Source: a phage | DNA: 64,000 nucleotides | Reading direction: 5' to 3' (one strand) | Sequence record: PZ445451.1 | Shown here: in pieces, positions 18,331 through 26,432 of the stretch | Position numbering within the stretch: position 1 is the stretch's first letter | Layout of the letters: every line of letters begins with the position of its first letter | Program-made: the position numbers and the translations under genes | Notes under the pieces: generated by a model | What the model was told of the DNA's origin: nothing | The model's database searches: none | What the model saw: the letters and a program-made list of their open reading frames with translations, nothing else

Positions 18331-18442
18331 ATGATAATCATTCTCATTTGTAAATGAGAATCATTATCATTTAATTATGTAAGTGATAATCATTCTCAGT
18401 AAGAGAATGAGAATCATTAGCAAATGAGAATTTTTCTCATTT
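18331..18442. promoter_or_regulatory. Array of 5 alternately oriented Fur-box-like palindromic motifs (TGATAATCATTCTCATT / AATGAGAATCATTATC)
   Basis: Seen directly; motif shares GATAATCATT core with the Fur box consensus GATAATGATAATCATTATC. Confidence 0.55.
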
Positions 18443-18703
18443 AGAGAATAACGCGCAGGGGCGGTGTTTGTCTCGCGCTCCCGTGTCCCCTCGCCATACA
18501 ATAAGAATAGCATAACCAACAACAAAAGCAAGCGATTATTTTTATCTTTACATTTCTTTACAAATTTATTTTAGACGAGCTACCGGCGATCAACCTTCCA
18601 ACCAGTGCCCCCTGGTATGTTAGCCCCGCCTTTACGCCGTGGGGGTGGCGTTTCCTCTTCTGTATGTAAAACAGTATAAGCCCGATCCCTGGGCTTGTCA
18701 AGA

Positions 18704-18970
18704 TTATTTTTTGTTTTCTTGCCAGGAAAGGACACCTAACCAAAAATACATATCGCCCCGCGCCCCTGGCGGGATCTTGCTTTCCCCGCCGCCACTGCAA
18801 GCCCATAAATAACCATCAGCGAACGGATCAAAATGTTCTATCTCTTCCACCTTATGATCGCCCAGGTTGAGAACGGTTTCAATCTTTAAGCCCGTTGCGC
18901 TTGCTACCTGGTGCACCGTGCCGCCTTGCCAGCCCAATGAGTGCATGAGATGTAAAGGAGTATTTGTCAT
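18704..18970 (-). CDS. Hypothetical protein (88 aa) in a GC-rich segment
   Basis: Track ORF with AAAGGAG SD; local GC content clearly higher than the rest of the window. Confidence 0.45.
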   Translation of the reverse strand: MTNTPLHLMHSLGWQGGTVHQVASATGLKIETVLNLGDHKVEEIEHFDPFADGYLWACSGGGESKIPPGARGDMYFWLGVLSWQENKK

Positions 18971-19234
18971 GGTATCGCCCTTTCTTTGATGTGCGCCCTG
19001 GTTGGCGCGGTAGAAAGATAATAGCCGTTTCCTTTATAGATAGCAAGCAAAAAAGAAATGAAAAAAGATTAAAAATGGTTGACGTTACCAGGATAATAAC
19101 ATATTATTCATCTTGTCGAGGGGGGCAAGGCACAACGACAATAAATAAAAGGCGGGTGCAATGCAGGACGGGCAAAGGTGAGGATCTCCATAATCCACCG
19201 TCACAATAACATTACTTATAAAAGGTTGATAACG

Positions 19235-19330
19235 ATGATCAAGAAAGAAAACAGCTTGACGGTTGGAACGATTAACGCTATCATTCTAGCCGTTCCATTT
19301 TGGATTGTAGTAGCGGTTGTTATTTTCTAA
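19235..19330 (+). CDS. Small hydrophobic peptide (31 aa, MIKKENSLTVGTINAIILAVPFWIVVAVVIF)
   Basis: Manual ORF; single TM-like segment; weak SD. Confidence 0.3.
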   Translation: MIKKENSLTVGTINAIILAVPFWIVVAVVIF

Positions 19331-19339
19331 AAAATATTC

Positions 19340-19397
19340 TTGACAACGTTTTTTAATCTGATAAGATGTATCACATAGGGCGGCAATAGTGCCGCTC
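19340..19397 (+). promoter_or_regulatory. sigma70-like promoter (TTGACA/TAAGAT) plus conserved 5' leader hairpin (GGGCGGCAATAGTGCCGCTC)
   Basis: Seen directly upstream of gene 19420. Confidence 0.6.
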
Positions 19398-19419
19398 ATA
19401 ACAGAAGAGAGAAATAATC

Positions 19420-19692
19420 ATGGCATCATATAGCGCATCAATGATCGTAACGGGCATGACTGGTAAACCTATGCGCGGTGGCGGATCTTTCGCTAACATC
19501 AATATTGATGGGCGTTTATCCCTGGATGCAGCGATCACCGTGGCACGGGAAACATTTAAAAAAGAATGTAATTTCAATAAACAAGATTATCTCGGCTTCG
19601 TTATTGAAAAAACAGCGCGCTTTGTTGATTATAAAAGCCCGAAAATGATCGACACTACACTAAAAGCGCAAGATGTAGCATTTTTGCTTTAA
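19420..19692 (+). CDS. Hypothetical protein (90 aa)
   Basis: Track ORF preceded by promoter-hairpin-SD (AGAAGAGAG) unit. Confidence 0.55.
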   Translation: MASYSASMIVTGMTGKPMRGGGSFANINIDGRLSLDAAITVARETFKKECNFNKQDYLGFVIEKTARFVDYKSPKMIDTTLKAQDVAFLL

Positions 19693-19695
19693 GGC

Positions 19696-19755
19696 TTGAC
19701 ACTGAAAAATAATTTAGTAATATATACCACATAGGGCGGGAAATGGTTTCCCGCC
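19696..19755 (+). promoter_or_regulatory. sigma70-like promoter (TTGACA/TAATAT) plus conserved leader hairpin (GGGCGGGAAATGGTTTCCCGCC)
   Basis: Seen directly upstream of gene 19778. Confidence 0.6.
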
Positions 19756-19777
19756 AAATCAAAGAAAGGGTAACACA

Positions 19778-20140
19778 ATGAGCAAGCAAATCAATACTAT
19801 CATGTTAAACCTGGTATCTTTCCGCGATGACGTGAAAAATCTTTCGCGTGATGCAGTGGATGCACGGATCGAAAGCTATCGCACACAGATCGCAACATTA
19901 CCGTTAAAACGTGATCAACATGCCGCTAATATGATGCTTGGTGCTATGATTAAAAAGATGATTCAGTGTGATCTTACCCTGGCTTATGAATATGCTGGCG
20001 ATCTCTTTGTAACGTATAATAAGCCCGTTCCAGGTATGAGCACCACGGAAGAATTGCATGCCTTAAATTTGCGACAAGATGCATGGGATAACATGCGCCG
20101 TGTTATGGTATGGGCCGAAAGCGGTAAAATTTACGAATAA
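19778..20140 (+). CDS. Hypothetical protein (120 aa)
   Basis: Track ORF after promoter-hairpin unit. Confidence 0.55.
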   Translation: MSKQINTIMLNLVSFRDDVKNLSRDAVDARIESYRTQIATLPLKRDQHAANMMLGAMIKKMIQCDLTLAYEYAGDLFVTYNKPVPGMSTTEELHALNLRQDAWDNMRRVMVWAESGKIYE

Positions 20141-20146
20141 AAACGG

Positions 20147-20200
20147 TTGACATTGCACTAAAACCTGATAAGCTATCTTAAAGCGGGAATTGTTCCCGCT
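20147..20200 (+). promoter_or_regulatory. sigma70-like promoter (TTGACA) plus leader hairpin variant (AGCGGGAATTGTTCCCGCT)
   Basis: Seen directly upstream of small gene 20219. Confidence 0.55.
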
Positions 20201-20218
20201 TACATAGGATAAAACTTT

Positions 20219-20365
20219 ATGAAACAATATGTAATGAGTATCCACACCAAAAACGGCGCTACTGTTACGACTCCGGCACGGTTTGCACTTGTAAACCGTT
20301 GCAAGAGACTAAAACGAGAGTTAAAAAATAACCGTGCAACGGGCTTTAAACGCTGGGGAGGATAA
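20219..20365 (+). CDS. Small basic protein (48 aa, MKQYVMSIHTKNGATVTTPARFALVNRCKRLKRE..)
   Basis: Manual ORF below size cut-off; follows promoter-hairpin unit; stop 2 nt before next start. Confidence 0.4.
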   Translation: MKQYVMSIHTKNGATVTTPARFALVNRCKRLKRELKNNRATGFKRWGG

Positions 20366-20367
20366 TC

Positions 20368-20628
20368 TTGTTTTTTCTAAAAGTTTGTGATAATGTGATC
20401 GCTTTTGAACATGCTACAACGTTCGACCTGGCGAGATACGCTATCAGGTTTAAAGATAATGTTTATCCCCGTGCTGGCGGCGGTTACACTATTTTTAATC
20501 ACCGTAACGCTCAATTAACGGATATAACTAATCCAGATCCTGGAGTGTATCGGATAGGCTGGCTACCGTCAAAAGACGCTGCAAGCATGTTTAAGGTGTG
20601 TAAACTACTAACAGAAGAGGCGAACTAA
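20368..20628 (+). CDS. Hypothetical protein (86 aa), probable TTG start
   Basis: Track ORF; start codon TTG preceded by GGGGAGGA SD. Confidence 0.45.
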   Translation: MFFLKVCDNVIAFEHATTFDLARYAIRFKDNVYPRAGGGYTIFNHRNAQLTDITNPDPGVYRIGWLPSKDAASMFKVCKLLTEEAN

Positions 20629-20629
20629 C

Positions 20630-21184
20630 ATGGGGCGTGAATATGTGATCCAGTCCTGGGTAAAGCATGATGCTAATGATCCGCGCATAATACCAGATGA
20701 CATGATCGATCACATGGTAGGGTATAGCGGGGAGCAGATAGGAAATCGAGCGGCAAAGAGCAACGGCAACACCAGGACGCGATCCGTTCGTCCTGGATGG
20801 CTGGCGAATGGTAACGCTGACATTGCAAGCGCCGCAGATCCAAGCGATGACGCTAAAAATAATCCCTTGTACAGCATTGATCCGGCTTTTAAGGTGTTGG
20901 AAGAGTATCCCGCTAAATTAGCCGCACTAGATAAGGCATACGAAGAAAAGCGCATGGCCTGGACTGTATACAACACCGCTAAAATGGTGCTAGATGCAAA
21001 ACTAATTAAAGCCCAGGAGAAGATCAATAAACTTGTTACCATAGCGCAAGAGGAAGACCAGGGCGACCAGGAGGAAGAGGAAGAAATCATGCCTACCCTG
21101 GAAGAGGAAGAGATCCAGCCATACATGCCGACAGAAGAGGAAAAAAGACAAGCCCTAAAAAATTATGAAAATTGCATTGTGTAA
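20630..21184 (+). CDS. Hypothetical protein (184 aa) with acidic C-terminal tail
   Basis: Track ORF; C-terminus EEDQGDQEEEEEIMPTLEEEE. Confidence 0.55.
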   Translation: MGREYVIQSWVKHDANDPRIIPDDMIDHMVGYSGEQIGNRAAKSNGNTRTRSVRPGWLANGNADIASAADPSDDAKNNPLYSIDPAFKVLEEYPAKLAALDKAYEEKRMAWTVYNTAKMVLDAKLIKAQEKINKLVTIAQEEDQGDQEEEEEIMPTLEEEEIQPYMPTEEEKRQALKNYENCIV

Positions 21185-21187
21185 GGC

Positions 21188-21244
21188 TTGACATATGCAA
21201 ACAAGCCCCGTAATATGTACCACATAAAGCGGGGCAACGCCCCA
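21188..21244 (+). promoter_or_regulatory. sigma70-like promoter (TTGACA-N17-TAATAT) plus leader hairpin variant (GCGGGGCAACGCCCC)
   Basis: Seen directly. Confidence 0.55.
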
Positions 21245-21265
21245 TAAGGTGAAATAAAAAATCAC

Positions 21266-21293
21266 TTGACACCTGAAATCAGTAAGCTATAAT
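21266..21293 (+). promoter_or_regulatory. Near-consensus sigma70 promoter (TTGACA-N16-TATAAT), second of a tandem pair
   Basis: Seen directly, about 40 nt upstream of gene 21331. Confidence 0.6.
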
Positions 21294-21330
21294 GCTTATA
21301 TAGATTGAAACATTACTAAGGAATAAAAGC

Positions 21331-21510
21331 ATGGCTATTATTGCAAAGACTGAGATCGTAGGTTTAGATTCTATCATCCTGGCATATGAGGAAGCTATAG
21401 AAATGTATGTGGTTTCCTATGGTGATTATATCCGTGAATATAAATCTATTGATCTAGCTTTTGAATGCTATATTCGCCAGGTCAATAAAGCATATGATGA
21501 TTATCGTTAA
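21331..21510 (+). CDS. Small hypothetical protein (59 aa)
   Basis: Manual ORF just below size cut-off (MAIIAKTEIVGLDSIILAYEE..), downstream of tandem promoters. Confidence 0.45.
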   Translation: MAIIAKTEIVGLDSIILAYEEAIEMYVVSYGDYIREYKSIDLAFECYIRQVNKAYDDYR

Positions 21511-21529
21511 AAGTTTTAGTCTTGTGCTA

Positions 21530-21558
21530 TTGACAACGAACGATAGTACAAGCATAAT
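21530..21558 (+). promoter_or_regulatory. sigma70-like promoter (TTGACA-N17-CATAAT)
   Basis: Seen directly upstream of gene 21606; no leader hairpin in this copy. Confidence 0.5.
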
Positions 21559-21605
21559 AACTTTTATCGGGAATACTCCTAACTAATCAAAAGAGATTAA
21601 AGACT

Positions 21606-21971
21606 ATGGCTAAAAATATCAATGTTTCTGCTTATGCTACCCTGGCTAACACTGCTAAAATTGAACTATCCAGCATTGAAGCGGTACATATTAGCGCCCG
21701 TCGCTGGTTTCAAAAGTCTTATGGTAATACTTATTTCTCTTTGATGGTTGACGTTGAGATCGGCGGTAAACTGATCGAAGTAGTTAACGTTCCGTTTCAA
21801 TATGGTTATGGGGATCATTTTGATACCGTTGCCCTAGAAGAGTTTAGCAAGGTTATCAACCTGGAAGGTAAAGAGTTTTCAAATTATGCTTACCTTTCCC
21901 GCTTTTGCCGTGATAATGGGATCGCTGTATACAGTCATGCAAGCGATGTAAAACGTAAAAAAGATTTATAA
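21606..21971 (+). CDS. Hypothetical protein (121 aa)
   Basis: Track ORF. Confidence 0.55.
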   Translation: MAKNINVSAYATLANTAKIELSSIEAVHISARRWFQKSYGNTYFSLMVDVEIGGKLIEVVNVPFQYGYGDHFDTVALEEFSKVINLEGKEFSNYAYLSRFCRDNGIAVYSHASDVKRKKDL

Positions 21972-21977
21972 AAAGCA

Positions 21978-22036
21978 TTGACAGCACGAATAAAAAGCAT
22001 ATAATACTTATATCGAGAGCGGGAATAGTTCCCGCC
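21978..22036 (+). promoter_or_regulatory. sigma70-like promoter (TTGACA/TATAAT) plus leader hairpin (GCGGGAATAGTTCCCGC)
   Basis: Seen directly upstream of gene 22060. Confidence 0.6.
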
Positions 22037-22059
22037 TCACTGAAAAAGAGATTAACATC

Positions 22060-22299
22060 ATGGCTAAATCTAAAATGTACAACGGTCACAAAAATAAAAC
22101 TCATTGGAATGTAAGCCTTTGGATTAATAATGATGAATCGTTATACTTATACGCTGTAGGTTTAATAAATGAGTGCGGCAATAAAGATAAAGCGGCGGAT
22201 CTGATGTGCTACAGATTAAAACAGGATGGAATCACTCATACACCTGATGGTTTCAAGTATAGTAAAACTGCAATCCGTGCCGCTATGGTAGGAATGTAA
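22060..22299 (+). CDS. Hypothetical protein (79 aa)
   Basis: Track ORF after promoter-hairpin unit. Confidence 0.55.
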   Translation: MAKSKMYNGHKNKTHWNVSLWINNDESLYLYAVGLINECGNKDKAADLMCYRLKQDGITHTPDGFKYSKTAIRAAMVGM

Positions 22300-22308
22300 T
22301 AAAAGCAG

Positions 22309-22368
22309 TTGACAACGTTTTTTAATCTGGTATAGTTTATCGCATAGGGCGGGAAATGGTTTCCCGCC
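22309..22368 (+). promoter_or_regulatory. sigma70-like promoter (TTGACA/TATAGT) plus conserved leader hairpin (GGGCGGGAAATGGTTTCCCGCC)
   Basis: Seen directly; identical hairpin to 19734 copy. Confidence 0.6.
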
Positions 22369-22390
22369 AAATCAAAGAAAGGTTATCATT

Positions 22391-22618
22391 ATGGCTATCG
22401 TTATTGTTCGCGTATCCGGCACGGTTGGAATCTCCCAGGTAGTAGCAGTTATCACCGAGAAGAAAGGGGATGATCTTCACTCCTCATTGAATAGCTGGGC
22501 GGTCGCTAACTTTGGGCAATGGTCGAGCGTTGAGTACATCGAATCCTACCAGGTGCCAACGATTAGCCTGACCGATCTCAACGTTGATCGTCTGTTATGC
22601 CTGGATCAATTAAACTAA
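22391..22618 (+). CDS. Hypothetical protein (75 aa)
   Basis: Track ORF after promoter-hairpin unit. Confidence 0.55.
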   Translation: MAIVIVRVSGTVGISQVVAVITEKKGDDLHSSLNSWAVANFGQWSSVEYIESYQVPTISLTDLNVDRLLCLDQLN

Positions 22619-22626
22619 AAATAATA

Positions 22627-22684
22627 TTGACAAGACAACTAAAATTAGTAAAATGTAATTCATAGGGCGGCAATAGTGCCGCCC
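22627..22684 (+). promoter_or_regulatory. sigma70-like promoter (TTGACA/TAAAAT) plus leader hairpin (GGGCGGCAATAGTGCCGCCC)
   Basis: Seen directly; perfect 8-bp stem. Confidence 0.6.
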
Positions 22685-22705
22685 CTAGTAAGAGAGATTA
22701 TCAAA

Positions 22706-22921
22706 ATGGCTAATATCCGCACCTTGTTAAAAAATGCAAAGCAAGTTTTATTTTCAGATGACGAGTATTTCAACAAAGACATTACAGGCGTGAAAAATTT
22801 AAAAGACGTGAAGGATGTTATCGGTATCCGTGGATCTTTACGTAAAGGTGACATATACGGTAACAAGGTGCAATATAAACTGTCAAAAGATTATGATTTT
22901 ACTTTGACAATTATTTCATAA
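22706..22921 (+). CDS. Hypothetical protein (71 aa)
   Basis: Track ORF; start moved to MANIRT (ATG 22706) because the track start lies inside the leader hairpin. Confidence 0.55.
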   Translation: MANIRTLLKNAKQVLFSDDEYFNKDITGVKNLKDVKDVIGIRGSLRKGDIYGNKVQYKLSKDYDFTLTIIS

Positions 22922-22927
22922 AACTAC

Positions 22928-22988
22928 TTGTAAACCTGGTAAAATAAAGTAAACTATATTCATCAAGGCGGTGGAATAGCCCACCGCC
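22928..22988 (+). promoter_or_regulatory. Weak promoter-like sequence plus leader hairpin variant (GGCGGTGGAATAGCCCACCGCC)
   Basis: Seen directly; stem arms co-vary relative to other copies. Confidence 0.5.
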
Positions 22989-23012
22989 TAACAAAGAGAA
23001 GAGGAAAACATC

Positions 23013-23183
23013 ATGATCACTTTCACTACCCGTGAAGCCGCTCGCAACGTTGCACGTAAAGTTAACGCCGCCAACCTGGGCGCTACGCTTAAAGCCCCGG
23101 TGAAAGATGAATCAGGAAAATGGATCTTTCCTGGTCTGCGTCACGCTGATAAGCTGGGAACATTAACGTTAAAAAATAAATAA
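23013..23183 (+). CDS. Small hypothetical protein (56 aa, MITFTTREAARNVARKVNAANLGATLKAP..)
   Basis: Manual ORF below size cut-off; AGAGAAGAGG SD after hairpin. Confidence 0.45.
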   Translation: MITFTTREAARNVARKVNAANLGATLKAPVKDESGKWIFPGLRHADKLGTLTLKNK

Positions 23184-23190
23184 TATCCGC

Positions 23191-23249
23191 TTGACAGTAG
23201 CATCGTTTATAAGTAAAGTAACAACAACGGCGGGAAATGGTTTCCCGCC
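23191..23249 (+). promoter_or_regulatory. sigma70-like promoter (TTGACA/TAAAGT) plus leader hairpin (GGCGGGAAATGGTTTCCCGCC)
   Basis: Seen directly upstream of gene 23270. Confidence 0.6.
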
Positions 23250-23269
23250 ATCAATAAAGAGATAAGATT

Positions 23270-23629
23270 ATGAAATCAGTAAAAGCAATTAAAACTTACA
23301 TTGTGTCGGCTATTTCTTTTGATGGTACTACAACCGAAAAAGAAAAAATCACCGAACTGATGCGCCGTTTTAACTCTGAATACTGGTATCAATCTAATCG
23401 TGATCGTTATAATAACAATATGGTACAAGCTGTTAAAAGCTGGTTACAAGGTTTACCGTCAGATATCAATATCGCTTTTAATTATAACGAGATCGATCAA
23501 TTATTAATTGAATGGAAGTACATAAAAGAAACAAGCAAAGAAACAACCGTTACCCGTGAGCGGGAAAATTATTGGTTATATATTGCAAGCATGATCGTAA
23601 CTTTGGCAAAATATCATAACGTAGCGTAA
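23270..23629 (+). CDS. Hypothetical protein (119 aa)
   Basis: Track ORF after promoter-hairpin unit. Confidence 0.55.
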   Translation: MKSVKAIKTYIVSAISFDGTTTEKEKITELMRRFNSEYWYQSNRDRYNNNMVQAVKSWLQGLPSDINIAFNYNEIDQLLIEWKYIKETSKETTVTRERENYWLYIASMIVTLAKYHNVA

Positions 23630-23643
23630 TCGAGAGGAAAAAC

Positions 23644-23781
23644 ATGAACGCATCACAGCAGATCGAAAAATTCAACCGCAACAAAGCGAGTAAAGATTGG
23701 AACGAAGAGATCACCAAGAAAGGCGACAAGCGGAACAAAACAAAAAGAGATCGCAGCAGCAAAAGATACTGGAACGAATAA
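23644..23781 (+). CDS. Small basic protein (45 aa)
   Basis: Manual ORF; GAGAGGAAAAAC-ATG SD; followed directly by terminator. Confidence 0.4.
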   Translation: MNASQQIEKFNRNKASKDWNEEITKKGDKRNKTKRDRSSKRYWNE

Positions 23782-23782
23782 C

Positions 23783-23809
23783 AAAAAAGGGCGCAATAAG
23801 CGCCCTTTT
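23783..23809 (+). terminator. Rho-independent terminator (GGGCGC-AATAA-GCGCCC-TTTT)
   Basis: Seen directly. Confidence 0.65.
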
Positions 23810-23899
23810 AGCTTATATAGAGGCTTGTTGCTTATAGGCAAGGGTAACGCCAGGATAAGCCTATAAACCACGTTAGACGGCTTTACAGGAGCTTTAAAA

Positions 23900-24082
23900 A
23901 TGAAATTAGAGGAAATAAGCAAGGCACTAGCCCAGGGGCAAAGGTTATGCGCCCGATATCGTGATCAATATGGCTTCATAACTAGCGGCGTGATCCTGGG
24001 GATGGAAGGCAATAAGATTTTTATTGACACGTTGAAAAACGTTGTATATAGTGACAATATAATCTCAATAAAACATATATGA
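23900..24082 (+). CDS. Hypothetical protein (60 aa)
   Basis: Track ORF; GGAG SD. Confidence 0.45.
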   Translation: MKLEEISKALAQGQRLCARYRDQYGFITSGVILGMEGNKIFIDTLKNVVYSDNIISIKHI

Positions 24083-24090
24083 GGCAAGAA

Positions 24091-24492
24091 ATGAAAAAAT
24101 TATTGATCGCTGGTTTACTCTCTTTTGGCATGGTTGGAACATCTAGCGCGGCGATATCCTCCACAGTAGCAGAATTAAGCGCCGTTGATGCAATGGAAAA
24201 CGTCATGATCATTAATAATGCGATCCCCGATGAAATCATGGAGGATTCACACATGATCGCTTATGGTGCTGTTACACAACTAACGGCAAAAATAGATAAA
24301 TCTATTGTTAATGGCTTAAATGAAGATGTACCATGTGAAATTATTACCAGTGTGCTCACTACTCAAAATTTTACGCCGTGGCTAAAAAGTATTCAAAAAG
24401 TACACAGTACAGCCGCAGATCGTAGCAATGAAAAACTAGTGTCAGCACTTGCAACGTATACCCTAGCAAAATGCACCGAAATAAAAGATTGA
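24091..24492 (+). CDS. Putative secreted protein (133 aa)
   Basis: Track ORF; start moved to MKKLLIAGLLSFGMVGTSSA (signal-peptide-like) with GAGG SD. Confidence 0.55.
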   Translation: MKKLLIAGLLSFGMVGTSSAAISSTVAELSAVDAMENVMIINNAIPDEIMEDSHMIAYGAVTQLTAKIDKSIVNGLNEDVPCEIITSVLTTQNFTPWLKSIQKVHSTAADRSNEKLVSALATYTLAKCTEIKD

Positions 24493-24517
24493 CAACATAG
24501 AAAGCACGTTATAAGAT
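24489..24517 (+). promoter_or_regulatory. sigma70-like promoter (TTGACA-N17-TAAGAT)
   Basis: Seen directly; -35 overlaps stop of upstream gene. Confidence 0.5.
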
Positions 24518-24539
24518 ACACACAACAAAGGAGAACTAC

Positions 24540-24842
24540 ATGAACGGCATAGCTAAAACGTTTTTTCTTTTTTCTGGTGTAAATGATCCATCAATAAAAG
24601 TCGATAGCGTAAAAGAAAACAATACTATCACCGCTAAATTGTTTCAAGATGAAACAAATAACGTGCTAATCATTAATCTTAAAGAAATAACAAAAGGTTA
24701 TTATACTATTGCTTACCATGCGATCTATAATGCTGGTACTAGTGAGGAAGTGCAAACAAGCAACAACGAAAGCGCGGCGCTACCTGGTGATCTGGTGCTG
24801 GGCGTTATCAGTTTAATTGTCAATGATTTTTTTAAGGAGTAA
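24540..24842 (+). CDS. Hypothetical protein (100 aa)
   Basis: Track ORF; AAAGGAG SD. Confidence 0.5.
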   Translation: MNGIAKTFFLFSGVNDPSIKVDSVKENNTITAKLFQDETNNVLIINLKEITKGYYTIAYHAIYNAGTSEEVQTSNNESAALPGDLVLGVISLIVNDFFKE

Positions 24843-25100
24843 AACCATGCCCTATTTACATTTATTTTTCGGTATCTTATTGACAGGATCTTTTTTCTTC
24901 TGTATGCTTGTTTCTATTGTAAACCACGTTTTAAAACATTAAGGAAACAGCATGAAAATTATTCCCGTACAGTATAGCGTAATAAATCCAGCATATGAGG
25001 AAGGAAGGAAAACAAGCATGGCTTTATGTTGTATTGCTACTATAGCCATGTTATTATACACTGTGTTTTAATAGGTTTTATAGTTGTACGCTTTAAAGGC

Positions 25101-25153
25101 TTGACAATTTTTTGTTATGCTTTAAAATATATCTTGAAAACGGCAAAGGCCGC
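25101..25153 (+). promoter_or_regulatory. sigma70-like promoter (TTGACA/TAAAAT) plus short leader hairpin (CGGCAAAGGCCG)
   Basis: Seen directly upstream of gene 25172. Confidence 0.5.
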
Positions 25154-25171
25154 AAACAAAAGGGTAAAATT

Positions 25172-25495
25172 ATGAAATCTGTGATCGGTGTTTATTTGGA
25201 TAATTCTGATTTTTTCTATCATCGCGCTCGTTTCCTTGATGCTATTGATATGATAGAATCAGGCTTTAAAGAATACCGCCTTGCACATGATGACCTGGAA
25301 GCATTACAGGGCAATAGTGTTTTTACATTGCAAGCGAAAGCACTATGTAAAAGCCGGATCGACATTGCGAGCAAAAAGATAGAACGCGGCATGTCCTGGT
25401 TGCGCACCGCAGAAATCAACATGGGGCAATGGTACGGCAAAAACTTAGAAAATAAACATACCTTTGTCAATGTAGAAAATATTGAAGATTATTGA
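25172..25495 (+). CDS. Hypothetical protein (107 aa)
   Basis: Track ORF; start moved to MKSVIGVY downstream of the promoter. Confidence 0.55.
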   Translation: MKSVIGVYLDNSDFFYHRARFLDAIDMIESGFKEYRLAHDDLEALQGNSVFTLQAKALCKSRIDIASKKIERGMSWLRTAEINMGQWYGKNLENKHTFVNVENIEDY

Positions 25496-25558
25496 TTGAC
25501 AGCACATCTAACGAGTAGTATATTGTATCTCATAGAGCGGGGAAATGGTTTCCCCGCC
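25496..25558 (+). promoter_or_regulatory. sigma70-like promoter (TTGACA-N17-TATATT) plus leader hairpin (GCGGGGAAATGGTTTCCCCGC)
   Basis: Seen directly; stem lengthened by one compensated G-C pair. Confidence 0.6.
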
Positions 25559-25577
25559 TTAAAAGAAGAGATAAGCT

Positions 25578-25862
25578 ATGAAGATCACAAAAGCACTTTC
25601 CAACTATGCAGCACGTCGCGGATTATGCTTATCCGTTGAAAACTTAGGGAAAGAAGATTTTTTGTGTTTTTGGGAGCTTGAAAATGAAAGTGAATGGTTG
25701 TTCTCTTATTCTATCTGCGAAGATCAAAACGGTTGTTTGTTAACCTGGCGCGGTAATATCTATCTACCGGAAGAAATCAAAGAAGAATTGCCAGGCACGA
25801 TCATGACTGAGAAACAGCTTAAGGAAGTGATTAATTTTGTAGGGCAAAACATTAAAAAATAA
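25578..25862 (+). CDS. Hypothetical protein (94 aa)
   Basis: Track ORF after promoter-hairpin unit. Confidence 0.55.
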   Translation: MKITKALSNYAARRGLCLSVENLGKEDFLCFWELENESEWLFSYSICEDQNGCLLTWRGNIYLPEEIKEELPGTIMTEKQLKEVINFVGQNIKK

Positions 25863-25863
25863 T

Positions 25864-25922
25864 TTGACACTAGGCAAACAACGTAGTAAAGTTTATCACA
25901 TAGGGCGGCAATAGTGCCGCTC
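25864..25922 (+). promoter_or_regulatory. sigma70-like promoter (TTGACA-N17-TAAAGT) plus leader hairpin (GGGCGGCAATAGTGCCGCTC)
   Basis: Seen directly; same hairpin variant as 19379. Confidence 0.6.
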
Positions 25923-25943
25923 ATAACAGAAGAGAAACAAATC

Positions 25944-26114
25944 ATGATCCCGACTATGTTTTATGTATCGCGCAAAGGTCACAATATTTTTTGGTCTGAA
26001 GATTTAAATGAAGCCATGACGTTTGCCCGTGATCGTGTTGCTATCGGTGGCGTTAACATTACTGTAACCGATGAAAACGGCATTGAATACTATAACGGCG
26101 ACGATGAAGAGTAA
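25944..26114 (+). CDS. Hypothetical protein (56 aa)
   Basis: Track ORF; start moved to MIPTMFYV because the track start lies in the hairpin. Confidence 0.5.
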   Translation: MIPTMFYVSRKGHNIFWSEDLNEAMTFARDRVAIGGVNITVTDENGIEYYNGDDEE

Positions 26115-26121
26115 TTAATAA

Positions 26122-26142
26122 GGCGGGGGAGTATTCCCCGCC
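26122..26142 (+). promoter_or_regulatory. Leader-type hairpin (GGCGGGGGAGTATTCCCCGCC) without an upstream promoter
   Basis: Seen directly between genes 25944 and 26162. Confidence 0.5.
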
Positions 26143-26161
26143 GTCAATAAAGAGGTAAATC

Positions 26162-26431
26162 ATGAAAATATCTTTGGACGTTGCAATCAAGGCCATCGAA
26201 TCCGGTTACACCCTGGTAAAAGATGATAAGGCTAAAATAGTGCATCATGTTAACAAGGAAACAGGCGAAAGCATGATCACATATAAAGCCGCCTACTTTC
26301 TCCAATCAGTAGCAGATCCGCGCGTACAACGCCAGGTTACAGCGGCTATTGCTAAAAAATTATGTGCTTTACAGGGCACAAGTTTTAACGAGATCGCCCC
26401 GTGTTTTGACTGGTCGAGCTTGAAAAAATAG
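26162..26431 (+). CDS. Hypothetical protein (89 aa)
   Basis: Track ORF; AAAGAGG SD after hairpin. Confidence 0.55.
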   Translation: MKISLDVAIKAIESGYTLVKDDKAKIVHHVNKETGESMITYKAAYFLQSVADPRVQRQVTAAIAKKLCALQGTSFNEIAPCFDWSSLKK

Positions 26432-26432
26432 T

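Noticed and set aside
18102-18442. Possible CRISPR array (tandem repeats)
   Set aside because: Units are ~67 bp, only three copies, AT-rich and followed by alternately inverted 16-bp palindromes; no cas genes nearby; looks like iterons and operators rather than CRISPR
18558-18806. Track ORF of 82 aa overlapping gene 18704..18970
   Set aside because: Arginine/glycine-rich translation of GC-rich DNA in an alternative frame, no ribosome-binding site; likely non-coding
20710-21126. Minus-strand ORF of 138 aa inside gene 20630..21184
   Set aside because: Ser/Ala-rich low-complexity translation antisense to a well-supported plus-strand gene; shadow ORF
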